Shown here one piece after another: positions 25,686-37,535 of a DNA stretch of 64,000 nt. The stretch is from Mytilus trossulus. Lineage: Eukaryota. Each line of letters begins with the position of its first letter. Position 1 is the first letter of the stretch. Where the stretch lies: assembly GCF_036588685.1 (NCBI RefSeq), contig NC_086376.1, positions 62,744,001-62,808,000 on the forward strand, read 5' to 3'. Under the pieces are notes generated by a model. That model saw only the letters and a program-made list of their open reading frames with translations, was not told where the DNA came from and searched no databases. Position numbers and translations under genes: made by a program.

Positions 25686-26486
25686 ATGAAGTACAATAGG
25701 TCAATGTACGGCCTTCAACACAGAGCCTTGGCTCACACCGAACAACAAGCTATAAAGGGGCCCCAAATTACTAGCGTAAAACCATTCAAACGGAAAAAAC
25801 AACGGTCTAATCTATATAAAAAAACGAGAAACGAGAAACACATATAAATTACATAAACAAACGACAATTACTGTACATCAGATTCCTGACTTAGGACAGG
25901 TGTAACCATTTGCAGCGGGATTAAACGTTTTAATGATACCAAACCTTCTCCCTTTTTTCTGAAACAATAGCATAACATAACAACTTGGAAAAACACACGA
26001 TAAAATATCAATTGACAGGCCTAACACACGATAAAATGTCAATTGGCAGGCCTAACTCTAAAACGTAAATTAATACACTATGAACGAATAAGCTACCAGA
26101 TCTCGTATGTATTTAGGAAAATTCTACCATTGTGCAGTAAAACAACTGACTACAAATCTGTCATCTTCAAGACAAAAAGCCAAGACACCTTGCAAATTAA
26201 AAGAGAGCACTATTTGAAATGAAAGTCACATGACTGGCACAGGTGTTCAGTGAAGTCGGTACAACCAAGGATTTATATATAGGTGCAACAACCTTCAGTT
26301 GTCAGAATCTTTAAGAATACAAAAAAAAATCAATTATCACAATGATCTGAGTCCACAAAGACTGAACACTCAACTGTCCGTAACTTATTTATTTTTCATT
26401 TTACCTAATTACCTACGTCACAAAATCTTATACAGGTAGTTTTTAAATGTACATGTATATATATTTATATTGATTTCTATTAGAAT

Positions 26487-26603
26487 GTGCAGGCGTAGTC
26501 GAGTGGTTACTTCGAAACTTAATGTTTAAATCTTTCTAGCGAAATGAAATTTAACACGCGGGATCGCATCCCGTAGAAACCACTGACGCTATCTAGCATT
26601 TTT
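26487..26603 (+). ncRNA. Vault RNA-like Pol III gene, copy 4 (subfamily I)
   Basis: Same motifs. A T>A change (GTGCAGG) breaks one terminal-stem pair. T5 terminator. Upstream dyad at 26411. Confidence 0.72.
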
Positions 26604-26701
26604 GCACCGGCCTCTTTTCGGTGTGTTTTTTCTTGTATTTTGTTGTCGTTTAGCATGGGATCATAAATTAGATAGGTTAAAGGAGTTCATACAGCTTCCG
26701 T

Positions 26702-26800
26702 GGGTAGACGGACTCCGGAGGGGGTAGTGCTAGACGACCCATGTTTTGTGTGGGTAGACGGACTCCGAAGGGGGTAGTGCTAGTCGACCCATGATGTTTT
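26702..26800. repeat. Two-unit version of the 50-bp minisatellite
   Basis: Paralogous position to 9317-9723. Confidence 0.9.
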
Positions 26801-28075
26801 GTTACAGGTGATTACCTGAGATATTCAGATTGGAATTTCATCATGGCTTAGATATTTAACAAGAACTATCTTTAAAACAGATATCCGACGTAGTTAAATT
26901 TGAGTATTATGTTTAAAACTATCATTTCGATAACCATTAGAAGCACAATGACTTAATGATGCAGGACCTCTTTAACAAAATCTCCATCTGAATGTAACTA
27001 CAAAAAATTAAGACTAAGTCTGGTTATATTAAGGCAATAATATATAAGAATATTGTGATGACACCTACACATTTTATTTGTTAAAAAATCTAGTGCAAAT
27101 AAAAAGAAACAAATATAAATTTACTACTGTTTACATTAAACTTAGTTCATGGTTTAACCGTTAACAAAGCTAGAAACTATTGGTAGTACCATCAGCAGTA
27201 TCTTTCTGTTTACATTAACCAAAACCCCGCGGAAATCTCACCGTGATGCGTAGACCTGTGCGTTCTAAAAGTTATGTACGTTCGTACAACAAAGTTTACA
27301 TTAACAATTATATAATTGTCCCGAATAAACAGCTGTCATGGATGCAAAGAGCTATTGGAGAAACAAAATAATAAAAATAGAAATCTTTGTAAGATATAGT
27401 TCAAATATTTATAGTTTTTCACCTGTTTTCAATCACGATATAATTTTCGAGACGTTTTTTCAAACACAACCAAATCACCCATCATGACAGCATTTTGTCC
27501 AATCACAGAAAGGATTTTCGACCATGCGTAGTCTGTTGCCATAGTGAAGCGTCCTTAAGTTCAAAGTGCACAAACCGAAACTATACCGACTACGTCGGAA
27601 AAAGAGAATAATAAGGAAAATACCCAGAAAGAAAATATAGTTGAAGATAAACATCTGTACTAAGTTCGTGTTGTTTATTTTTTAGTTTTCTATGTTGTGT
27701 CATGTGTACTACTGTTTGTCTGTTTGTCTTTTTCATTTTTAGCCTTGGCGTTGTCAGTTTGTTATAGATTTATGAGTTTGACTGTCCCTTTGGTATCTTT
27801 CGTCCCTCTTTTGAAAAGGACAAAGTGACTTATCAATTACATTAAAACTAAAAGACACATATAAATTAAATACAAACTCAAGAGTATTTTGAAAATGTGC
27901 TTAGAACACCCTGACAGTAACAGAAAACAAGGACGAGTATCACATAAAACATAAACAAATACAAACTATCATACAAAGCAATCGCTTTTATTTTGGTTCT
28001 TCATCTTAGAGTAAAAGTCATGTCTTGGACTTCAATTGCAACTGTACCCAATGCAAGCACAGAACAGCATCCATG

Positions 28076-30247
28076 CAGCCGGCATTATCATTTAAATTGT
28101 AATAAGAAATTGTTCCACTGTGAAATATTTATAGACGTTACGCGTGATGTTCGTACCTCATTGGAAAATCGGTGTAATTGGCAAGATGCAAGTCCAAAAT
28201 ATATAATTTTGAGATATCATATTCGTTACTATTGTACGTATTTTCAAAAATAATGTTTTTAAAATAAAAACGAAAAAAAATAATTGTTGAAATTATGTTT
28301 TATGCTGCATGCGTGCGACAAGCTTCATTTCTTAATACGGCCATTTTTATGCTGGTCCGCGTAACATATTCATTTATTGTAACCACTAAACTATGATTTT
28401 CGTCTAAACTAATTTTTTTTTAAACTTTTTTTCCCCATTATTTAACAGAAAGGTTCCTTCAGTCTTTTATACATTTTTATGACATTATGACGAAGTCTGA
28501 GAAAAAAACCCGTTCCATACTACAAGGGCAAATATGTCCCACGGGGGAAAAAATTGGGATTTCAAATTTGAGAATAAAAAAAAAACATTTATCTAAAATG
28601 GAAAAAGGTTAATCTTTGTATTTACTACATCAATATTAATTTGCTTAATTTTATGAATTTAAAGACAAATATCCTGAAAAAAGATATATAGTAATATATA
28701 CTGAGTGCCAATGAAAACGCAACACTTTTGTTTTTCAAAAAAATATTATAATTTTTATTTTATTTATATCAGAACTTTGTATAGTTGGTTAAAAATTACT
28801 TTTATGCCGACACCTTTACGGTAGAGTGATTTTTGGAACAAATGCGAAGTAAAGGTTATTTTGAACGGACATAAACCGAATTCACTGCTTTTCAACATAC
28901 GCACCATTTTCACGATTTTGTCATTCAAAGATTGGCTAATGTCATGAATTTTCCCGCCCTTATTGTTAAGAAACTGCAATAAACATCTGAGTAAATGCCA
29001 GGACTTTCTGACAATGCTGTTTTGGGCATGATCCAATGAAGCCTTTCACAGCATCTAATTACGATAAGACTGAAGTTGTAGCCTGTACAATAACATAAAT
29101 CTTCCACAAATTCAACAAAAATGGATCATTTCATGAGAAGCCAAATCCCGGGGTCCAAAAGGAAAAAAACGCTCAGCCAGACCGATACATTTGGTCTTAA
29201 ACATATCCGATATTGACTCTGATGGCTGTACAAAGGTCACGAGAGTTCAATGGTGGTCACGGTAGATCCTTTGGAGCAATTTCAGTAAAGCGCATAGATT
29301 GTTAAAGAGCACCAAAGTCTTTCCTTAGTGACATCTAAACGGCCGTCAGGCGTAAACATCGTATTCTGTAGACAAAAAATCATTTATTATGTACCAAAAA
29401 CCGTCAGTGGTGGTTACATAGACATTTGACACCCATCTTGGCCAAAAGTCATGTGTTTCGCCCGATTTTGGTCCGATCGAGCAAATTTTGCATTAGATTA
29501 CACATGGTTTAGACGATGAAAACCACCAACAATATCATAAAGTCAGCTTGAGTTTGCTTTGCGGGACAAGTTGAATATCATTCCTCGAGATCAAATTAAA
29601 CGTCCCGGGAATGAGCAATTCCACGGCGCTGTCGAGATTGCGCTGCACCACGGGTTGTAACATGTTTTGTTAGGACTGTGAGTTGATGATTCGACATTGG
29701 ATGTTTCGTTTACCCATAGCGTCTGAAAGATGACAACGAAACCGTGGCATTTTTGTTTGATATCGATCTATTGTTGGAATTGTTAATTTTCAAGAACAAT
29801 TTATTTTGAAAGATTATCATTTCTAATATAAATTTTATTTTTGAAAACTCAAGTGTTGCGTTTTCATAGGCACTCAGTATATGAGCGATTTTTCAAAGGC
29901 TTACAAGGTTGTAGACGAGCACCGCCATTTTTCGACGTAAAAAACGAACTCAACTCAACATGTACGAACATCGCGCGTAACGTGGTTGCAAAATTCCTTA
30001 TTTTCTGTAAAAAAAAAAAAAAGGTTCGAGTAGAACTTATTCATAGTTTCTGTAAAATATGTTCCTTCACAATTTATATCACAGTAACTTATTACACGTA
30101 TTGGAACAAAATCCATGGAGCTGTGATTTTTGTTCCAAAACAAAACTTATATACATTTGGTCAAAAAATTATTTTGGGAACAAATTTTAAAATGTATATT
30201 ATTCCGGTATAACTTTTTCGTGATATAAATTTCCATAATGCCGGCTG
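28076..30247. mobile_element. MITE/non-autonomous TIR element hosting a nested Tc1-like relic
   Basis: TIR CAGCCGGCATTAT / ATAATGCCGGCTG, plus an inner inverted motif CGTTACGCGTGATGTTCGTAC (28136) / GTACGAACATCGCGCGTAACG (29962). Confidence 0.65.
28699..29879 (+). mobile_element. Decayed Tc1/mariner element
   Basis: TIR TACTGAGTGCCAATGAAAACGCAACACTT and its inverse, in TA context. Internal remnants AVLGMIQ*SLSQ (HTH-like), QPDRYI and WP...SPDFGPIEQ (cf. Tc1 WPxxSPDLNPIE). Confidence 0.75.
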
Positions 30248-31378
30248 TAAAATCACTGAACAGTTACCAGGAGTTTTGCCGTATCCCTTTTGTGCTTTGC
30301 TATTTTATAACAACTTCCGTGCATATCTTGACACCGATCTGCATCATTTTATTATTAAATTGACTGTACCTCTTGTATCTTTGTTTATCTGTTACAAGTT
30401 AGGCTAGAAAATAAACCAATCAGTATCGTTAGTGTCAGTATAAATTCTCTTATTTGATGTAATAATATCTACTCTTTTATTTAAGTCACGTAATTTATTA
30501 GATTTCACCTTACACGAACGTTATTTCTTTACTTGTAACTGGATGTTTGGAAGTACATATGCGTGAATTTGGTATTGGGTTAGTTCGCACATAGAGTCCG
30601 TTGCTTGCCATGCATCAAGTTGACCATTCTGAGACGAATGTATGGCATTTAGTTATAGAAAATTTTATTTGAATCAACAGATTTTTATGCTTATTAAAGT
30701 GAGTTTTGGTTGAGTTATAGGTATTATTAAAGATTTTTTTATTTTTTTTTTAAAATACGTTGATAGCAATCATGCTAGGTTGAAGGGGGTTGCATGTATG
30801 GTAATTCAATTTACCTTTTATACATCTATGAGCATTACGCTCTTTGATTTAATTAAAGAACCCGGGTCAAAATTTGGCAATATGAAAAAGGTCTATTGTT
30901 CGTTAGGTTTCGGTAACTGTTCCCTAGCAGTTCCCTGATCGAAAAACAACTGGATTGTTTTATTTGAAATTGTGTTTTTTAGTAATACATCTTAATTGTT
31001 CGCTGGCTTATTGTTCGCTACAATTGTTTCCTAGCTTGCGTCAAATAGTAGCTGTATATAAACACTTTTCTTCAACATCGAGCATAATATTGCTTTCAAT
31101 TGACTTGTGCAAGAATCTACACACAATTTCATATTTTTAATAAAAGTGTCATAACATTACCAGCATCTTATTCTATTCACAGAAAATAACTTCAATTCAA
31201 AAGTAAACAAAAATTCAGCAATAGTTGTTTTTGTGACCAGTCAGCCATTCACCGATTTTTAGTTCACGTATTGCTTTTCCTTTTTTTTTTTAAAGCATTT
31301 AACGGGTTAATTGCCTGCGTCACGTGATTTTACACGGGTAGGTTGATATAAGTATTATATATTGACCACATAAATACT

Positions 31379-31493
31379 GTGTCGGCGCAGTCGAGTGGTT
31401 ACTTCGTAACTATTTAACAGTACAAATTTTCAAATGGATTGAGATTTAACGGGTCGAATCCCGTAGAAACCACTGACGCTTTCCAGCACTTTT
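31379..31493 (+). ncRNA. Vault RNA-like Pol III gene, copy 5 (subfamily II)
   Basis: GTGTCGGCGCAGTCGAGTGGTTACTTCG...GGGTCGAATCCCGTAGAAACCACTGACGCTTTCCAGCACTTTT. Near-canonical B box. Upstream dyad at 31313. Confidence 0.72.
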
Positions 31494-32600
31494 GCTCCCT
31501 TCTTTGTGTTTTTTCTTCTTTTTGTATTGATGCCTCTTTTCATAGAATAGTAAATTACATGTTATAGATTAACCCATGCAGTAGTGGGATTGTGCTCTTC
31601 GGCTCATTTAATGTAAGGGATGACCACCTCAGTGAGACATTCAGCATTTTCAAATCCGTTCTAGATTTTTTTTATGGCCCTACCATATTCCTTTGATAAA
31701 ACAGACCTAACTACAGCTATATTTTTGTACGTTATTTATTAAAATATATTGCTTTTGGGGCCCTTTTATAGCTTGCTGTTCGGTGTGAACCAAGTCTACG
31801 TATTGAAGACTGTACCTTGACCTTTAATGGTATATTTTTATAAATTGTGACTTGGATGGAGAGTTGGCATTGGCACATATCTTCCTATATATATCTAGTG
31901 ACAAAAGTTAAATTAAGAGTATTTTGAAAATGTCCCATAACCTTTGTATGACTAGAAGATTTTAGAACAGCCATGAAAGTAACCGGAAACCACATAAAAC
32001 ATACACAAATATAAACTATTGTCCATATACAAAAAAATAAATAATTATTGTATGATTTTAACATATGTTTATCTTTTACCAAAAATGACGGTAAATAACC
32101 GATAACCAAAAATGTTGTCTGAGCTTTCAACAATTTAATAGTTTAAAAATATCAGTACTTTATGTACTTTGGATAAATAGGACCTTGTTCCCACAACAAA
32201 ACTGTAAATAAACAACTAGCCAACTAGTAATAGGTAATGTAGCACAATAGTTATATTCAAGTTAGTGATTTCGAGGGACCCTGTCTGTCATGGTTTACTG
32301 TGACAATTTCGCATCACGTAAGGAACATTAAATTCTGGACTAAGTGCTTTTGGTTATTTTTCATGTCGTTTTAGGTAATTTAGCGCTTTATTTGTTTCGG
32401 TTCTCATATATCCTTGGCTTTCAAATATTCGGCTTTGATCGGGCATGGTGAAGGTCAACCTATAAAAACGCTTCAAACACATTTAATTTATAACGTGCCG
32501 TTTTCATTTTTTTGTCGTTTGGTTATTTTTCATTTACCGTTTTGGCCATAAATTAGGTCGTTAATTGTCTCGTTTGAACTATTTTACATTAGTCATGGTC

Positions 32601-32700
32601 CAATCTAATTAAAAACCGATCTCTCATGCTCCCGTTTTCTGATATGCAACGCGACATATCAGAAAACGGGAGCATGAGAGATCAGTTTTTAATTAGATTG
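32601..32700. mobile_element. 100-bp palindromic miniature element (46-bp arms)
   Basis: Near-perfect inverted repeat with the same termini as 19009-19112. Degenerate 9-bp TSD GTCATGGTC/GTAATGATC. Confidence 0.75.
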
Positions 32701-33316
32701 GTAATGATCATTAGTTGTATTTCATTCCTCACTATAGTTATGGAATTTTCTCATTATTGGACGCCTTATGTTGATCTACAGATGTTAAATTCAGCGTCAG
32801 TTGGTATCTGGTGGCCGGAGTTAGCAATTATACCACAGTACGTTTTGTCGACTTTTTAGAGGAAGAATCACTCTTTTATTTTGCTCGCATCATCGGTTTT
32901 TCCACTTTATTTGTATAAATTATAGAGCTACACTCATGTCTGTGACGTAAACAAAGCAATGGGAGTTTATAGAAAAGAGGGACGAAAGATTCCAAAGGGA
33001 TAGCCAAACTCATAAATAGAAATTAATGGATAACGGCATGGCAAAAAATGAAAAAAGACAAACAGAAAAACAAAAGTACACATGACATGTAACATAGAAA
33101 ACTAAAGAATAAAAAACATAGAACATGCTCAGACAGAATAAATTCCAAAAAGAAAATATGCATTTATGTATTGTCATCACTTTATTTTTAACTTTTCACA
33201 TTTATATCCTCTGCATTAAAACAAACTACTGACTAATAAGGTTAAAAGGTCAAATTTGAATGTACACTGTACAGTTCATACTGACATGAGCATAAAACAT
33301 TAGATTTTAAAATTCC

Positions 33317-35481
33317 AACTAGAGGCGCTCACCTTGGTCTATGTGAATTCATTGTATTAAACAAAGGACGCAGATGGATTCATGACAATTTTTGTTTTGT
33401 TTTGGTGATGGTGATGTATCTGTACATCTTACTTTACTGAACATTTTTGCTGCTTACAATTATTTCTATCTATAATAAACTTGTCCCAGTAGTTTCAGTG
33501 GAAAATGTTAGTTTATATTACAAATTTTATGAATTTGTTATAAATTGACCATAAAGGACAATAACTCCTTAGGGGGTCAATTGACCATTTCAGTCATGTT
33601 GACTTATTTTTAGGTCTTACTTTGCTGTACATTATTGCTGTTTACAGTTTATCTCTATCTATAATAATATTGAAGATAATAACAAAAATTCATAAGGGTT
33701 CCGCGGAACCCAGTGTCTCGCCTACTTTTGCTGTAACTCCCAGGCTCAACAAAACTGAGGAAAACAATCAATAAAAATATTCCTCTTGATACTATCTTTT
33801 GATTGTAAGAAGCGTCTGTCCAAGTTTGGTAAAAAATTCAGTATAGTTGATGAATCGAATAAATGTTTTAAAAACTTTAACTGCAGATTGTATGTAATCT
33901 TAACTGGAAGAAAAATTAAGTCCATTTATAATAAGTAAAATACAGATACACAGGTACAAAATATTAACAAAACTTCTTTTCTAGATACTAGCTTTTGATC
34001 ATAAACAAGCTTCTGTCAAAGTTTGGTACAAATTTAAAATAGTATAAAAAAGTTATTAAATTTTTAAAAAATTTAACCACATCTAGTGAATGTGTTGTTT
34101 CCTAGCAGAAAACCTAAGTCTATTTAAAAGAAAAATACGGAAAAAATGGATATATTTTTTTACAAAATTTACTTCTAGATACTATCTTATGATCATAAAC
34201 AAGCTTCTGTCCAAGTTTGGTACAAACCCAGGATAGTTAAATAAAGTTATTAAAATTTAAAAAACTTTAACCACAGAGTGAATGTTATGTTTCCCTGCAG
34301 AAAAAACTAAGTTCATTTATAAGTACAAAACAGAGAAAAAAAATTATTTTAGCAAAATTTACTTCTGGATACTATCTTATGATCATAAACAAGCTTCTGT
34401 CCAAGTTTGGTAGAAACCCAGTATAGTTTAAGAAAGTTATTAAATTATCAAAAACTTTGAACCACAGAGTGAATATTTGTGGACGCCGCCGCCGCCGCCG
34501 ACGCCGACGACGGAATGTAGGATCGCTTAGTCTCGCTTTTTCGACTAAAGTCGAAGGCTCGACAAAAACGGAAAAATTTCCTTAAAATAACCAATTCAGG
34601 GGCAGCAACCTAACAACAGGTTGTCCGATCCATCTGAAAATTTCAGGGCAGATAGATTTTCACCTGATGAACAATTTGAAAGTGGTCTAAATGTTTTGGT
34701 TTTTGAGTTATAAGCAAAAAACTACATTTTACCCCTATGTTCTATTTTAAGCCGTGGCAGCCATCTTGGTTGGTTGGCCGGGTCACCTACACATTTTTTA
34801 AACTAGATACCCCAAAGATGATTGTGGTCAAGTTTGGATTAATTTGGCCCAGTAGTTTTAGAGGAGAAGATTTTTGTAAAAGATTACTAAGATTTACGAA
34901 AAATGGTTTAATATTGATTATAAAGGGCAATGACTCCTAAAGAGGTCAACTGACCGTCATTTTGGCCATGTTGACTTATTTGTGAATCTTACGTTGCTGA
35001 ACATTATTGCTGTTTATAGTTTATCTCTATCTAATAATAATATTCAAGATAATAACCAAAAACAGCAAAAATTCCCTAAAATTACCAATTCAGGGGCAGC
35101 AACACAACAACGGGTTGTCAGATTCATCTGAAAATTTCAGGGCATATAGATCCTTACCTGATAAACAATTTTCCCCATGTCATATTTGCTCTTAATGCTT
35201 TGGTTAATGAGTTATAAGCCAAAAACTGCATTTTACTCCTATGTTCTATTTCTAGCCATGGCGGCCATCTTGGTTGGTTGGGCGGGTCACGCCACACATT
35301 TTTTAAACTAGATACCCCAATCATGATTGTGGCCAAGTTTGGTTTAATTTGGCCCAGTAGTTTCAGAGGAGAAGATTTTTGTAAAAGTTCACGACGACCG
35401 GGACGACGACGACGACGACGGACGACGGACGCCAAGTGATGGGAAAGCTCACATGGCTCTTTGGGCCAGGTGAGTTAAAAA
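33317..35481 (+). mobile_element. HINE/DINE-1 (pearl-like) element with internal tandem repeats
   Basis: 5' GCTCACCTTGGTC motif, internal ~480-bp repeats, (GAC)n microsatellite, 3' hairpin GCTCACATGGCTC-TTT-GGGCCAGGTGAG plus A-run. Confidence 0.7.
33685..34563 (+). mobile_element. Second HINE-like element nested inside 33317-35481
   Basis: 5' palindrome GGGTTCCGCGGAACCC, ~190-bp internal repeats, (GCC/GAC)n, 3' hairpin TTCGACT-AA-AGTCGAA. Host sequence resumes afterwards. Confidence 0.65.
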
Positions 35482-35850
35482 TGAATAAAAAAAAAAATTA
35501 ATAAGTTTATAAAATGTCCACTTGTTAAAAGATAAAAAAAATGTGATAAAATTTATTTATGTCATAATTGATGATAAAAAGTTAACAATCAAACGAGGTT
35601 ACTCCAATTAGACGTTTCATTAAAATCTAAAATTCAATTACTCAAGTTGTTAATTTCTTTTTTTACATGTACTATTATTAATTCATGTAAAACATAAAAC
35701 ATTGAGGGTCATTTTAGACATTATTTATCATACAGCAACATGTTTAATTCATTACGAAAAACATTTTTCATTCAATGCGTTATCACCTGCGTCACGTGCT
35801 CTGACACAGGTAGTTTGATATAAGTATTATATATTGAACACATTTTTAAT

Positions 35851-35965
35851 GTGTTGGCGTAGTCGAGTGGTTACTTCGTAACTATTTAACAGTACAAATT
35901 TTGAAGAGATTTGAGAAATAACGGGTCGGAACCCGTAGAAACCACTGACGCTTTCCAGCACTTTT
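35851..35965 (+). ncRNA. Vault RNA-like Pol III gene, copy 6 (subfamily II)
   Basis: GTGTTGGCGTAGTCGAGTGGTTACTTCG...ACGGGTCGGAACCCGTAGAAACCACTGACGCTTTCCAGCACTTTT. Fully paired terminal stem. Upstream dyad at 35785. Confidence 0.78.
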
Positions 35966-36995
35966 GCTCCCTATTTCAACTTTTTCTATTGTTCTCTTTT
36001 CATATAATTTGAATACTGAGTAAATAACAGTCTGATATAAAAGGCACTGACATGAGAAATTTAATAGTTGAATTTATTATCATACAAGTTACCAAAAACA
36101 AATATGACAGATATGCATTAACTACAACTTATTAATGTGAAGAAACAAAAAACAGTAAATAGAAGTTGGATGGTGCTCGCCGGCCCATTTTATGTTCGCT
36201 CTCACCTCATATGGAATTTACTGACCCCATAAACATCGTATTAGGTCCCTCACACACCATGTAACTAATAACATACAGAGTTGATTCTTGCACGCCATTC
36301 TAATAACAGTTACACGACTACAATATGGCGAACATACGCCACTCGAGGTACAACAGTTCTACAGAAAAAAAGTCAAAAGATACAAAAAGATCGTTCAAGA
36401 ATAAAATGCCGAAGAAAAACTGAAAAAAAGCTTGGATTAAGAATTACAAGATGATAGGTAAACAAAATTGTAAAATTTGTCATTGAAGGGTACTCATATG
36501 AGAAGTCGTCTAACAGTTTTGACGTAGATAGACAATAGGTAGAATTTATCTCTACTTATAGCGGTTTTCAAAATAATAGTAACCAATATGTTCTATATTA
36601 GTATTTAGCACTTTCGACCATTTTGCCAAGTTTGCATTGCAGGCAGGGTCACCAGGCATTTTTAAAACAAGATACCCGATGATGATTGTGTCCATGTTTT
36701 GTAAAATGTGTGCAAGATGTTTGAGAGAAGATTTTTGTAAAAGTAAAGGGACGTATAGTTGATATCAATAAGGATTCTCGTAGCAGTTAATGGTCTAAAG
36801 TAATGAAAAAGGAATACAATAAAATCAAAATATTTTTATATTCTTGGGACAATATACAAGCGACACAAATGATGACTAACTTATCACAAGACAATAACAG
36901 CAACACTAAAAATACTTAGGCTGACACCGGAAGATGGGATTTCTCATAGTCTTAGCCATTTTACGAACCATGCAGATTGACATCTTCTCTTGAAA

Positions 36996-37535
36996 TTTAT
37001 GACCCCTTCTGTAGCCATTTTTGTACGAATTTTTCAAACTTCAATTGTATCACAACTACAAATGTAATGAATACTAGAGATAGGCTATTTTGTACATATA
37101 CCAAGGGAAAATTTGAAGCAAAACATTATTATTCATTGTTTAAAAAAAAAATGGACAAAATCAAGTGACCTTTTAGGGTGCGCTCGACTTAAGTGACTCA
37201 GTACAAGGCATTTTGAAATTTACAGGTTGGTTAGAACATTTTGTAGCACATCATAGAAAAGCAAGTGAGTAATCAATGTTTTAAATTCTATAACTAAAAT
37301 CTCTACAACTATTAAAGGCTGTTCATTTTCTATAAAAATCTTTGTTTATGTACCACAAAGTACTCTCTTTCTAGTAAATGAAACGAAACAGTAAATTATT
37401 ATGCTTTCCATCAAGTTTCCCCTTGGTATATGTACAAAATGGCTTTTCTCTATTATTCCTTATATCTGTTGTTTTGATACAATTGAAGTTTGTAAAATTC
37501 GTACAAAAAAATGGCTACAGAAAGGGTCATAAACC
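36996..37535. mobile_element. MITE with ~120-bp inverted arms, TTAA at right end (Kolobok/piggyBac-like)
   Basis: TTTATGACCCCTTCTGTAGCCATTTTTGTACGAATTTT... mirrored by ...AAAATTCGTACAAAAAAATGGCTACAGAAAGGGTCATAAACC|TTAA. Confidence 0.7.

Larger units (their letters stand above)
17547..26089. mobile_element. Composite nested insertion (~8.5 kb) of repeats and transposon relics
   Basis: Splits the host sequence CCCAAGATAA|AGCTACCA, which is contiguous in the three other copies. Starts with the common dispersed repeat end TAGATGTTATAGGAAGATGTG. Confidence 0.8.
10044..27950. repeat. Segmental duplication unit 2, interrupted by an ~8.5 kb insertion (17547-26089)
   Basis: Colinear with unit 1 up to 17546, resumes at ~26090 (AGCTACCAGATCTC), and 27600-27950 matches 9781-9990. 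Confidence 0.85.

Noticed and set aside
25261-25704. FFSIMMR / FLYYDE repeat proteins
   Set aside because: Translation artefacts of the 21-bp minisatellite.
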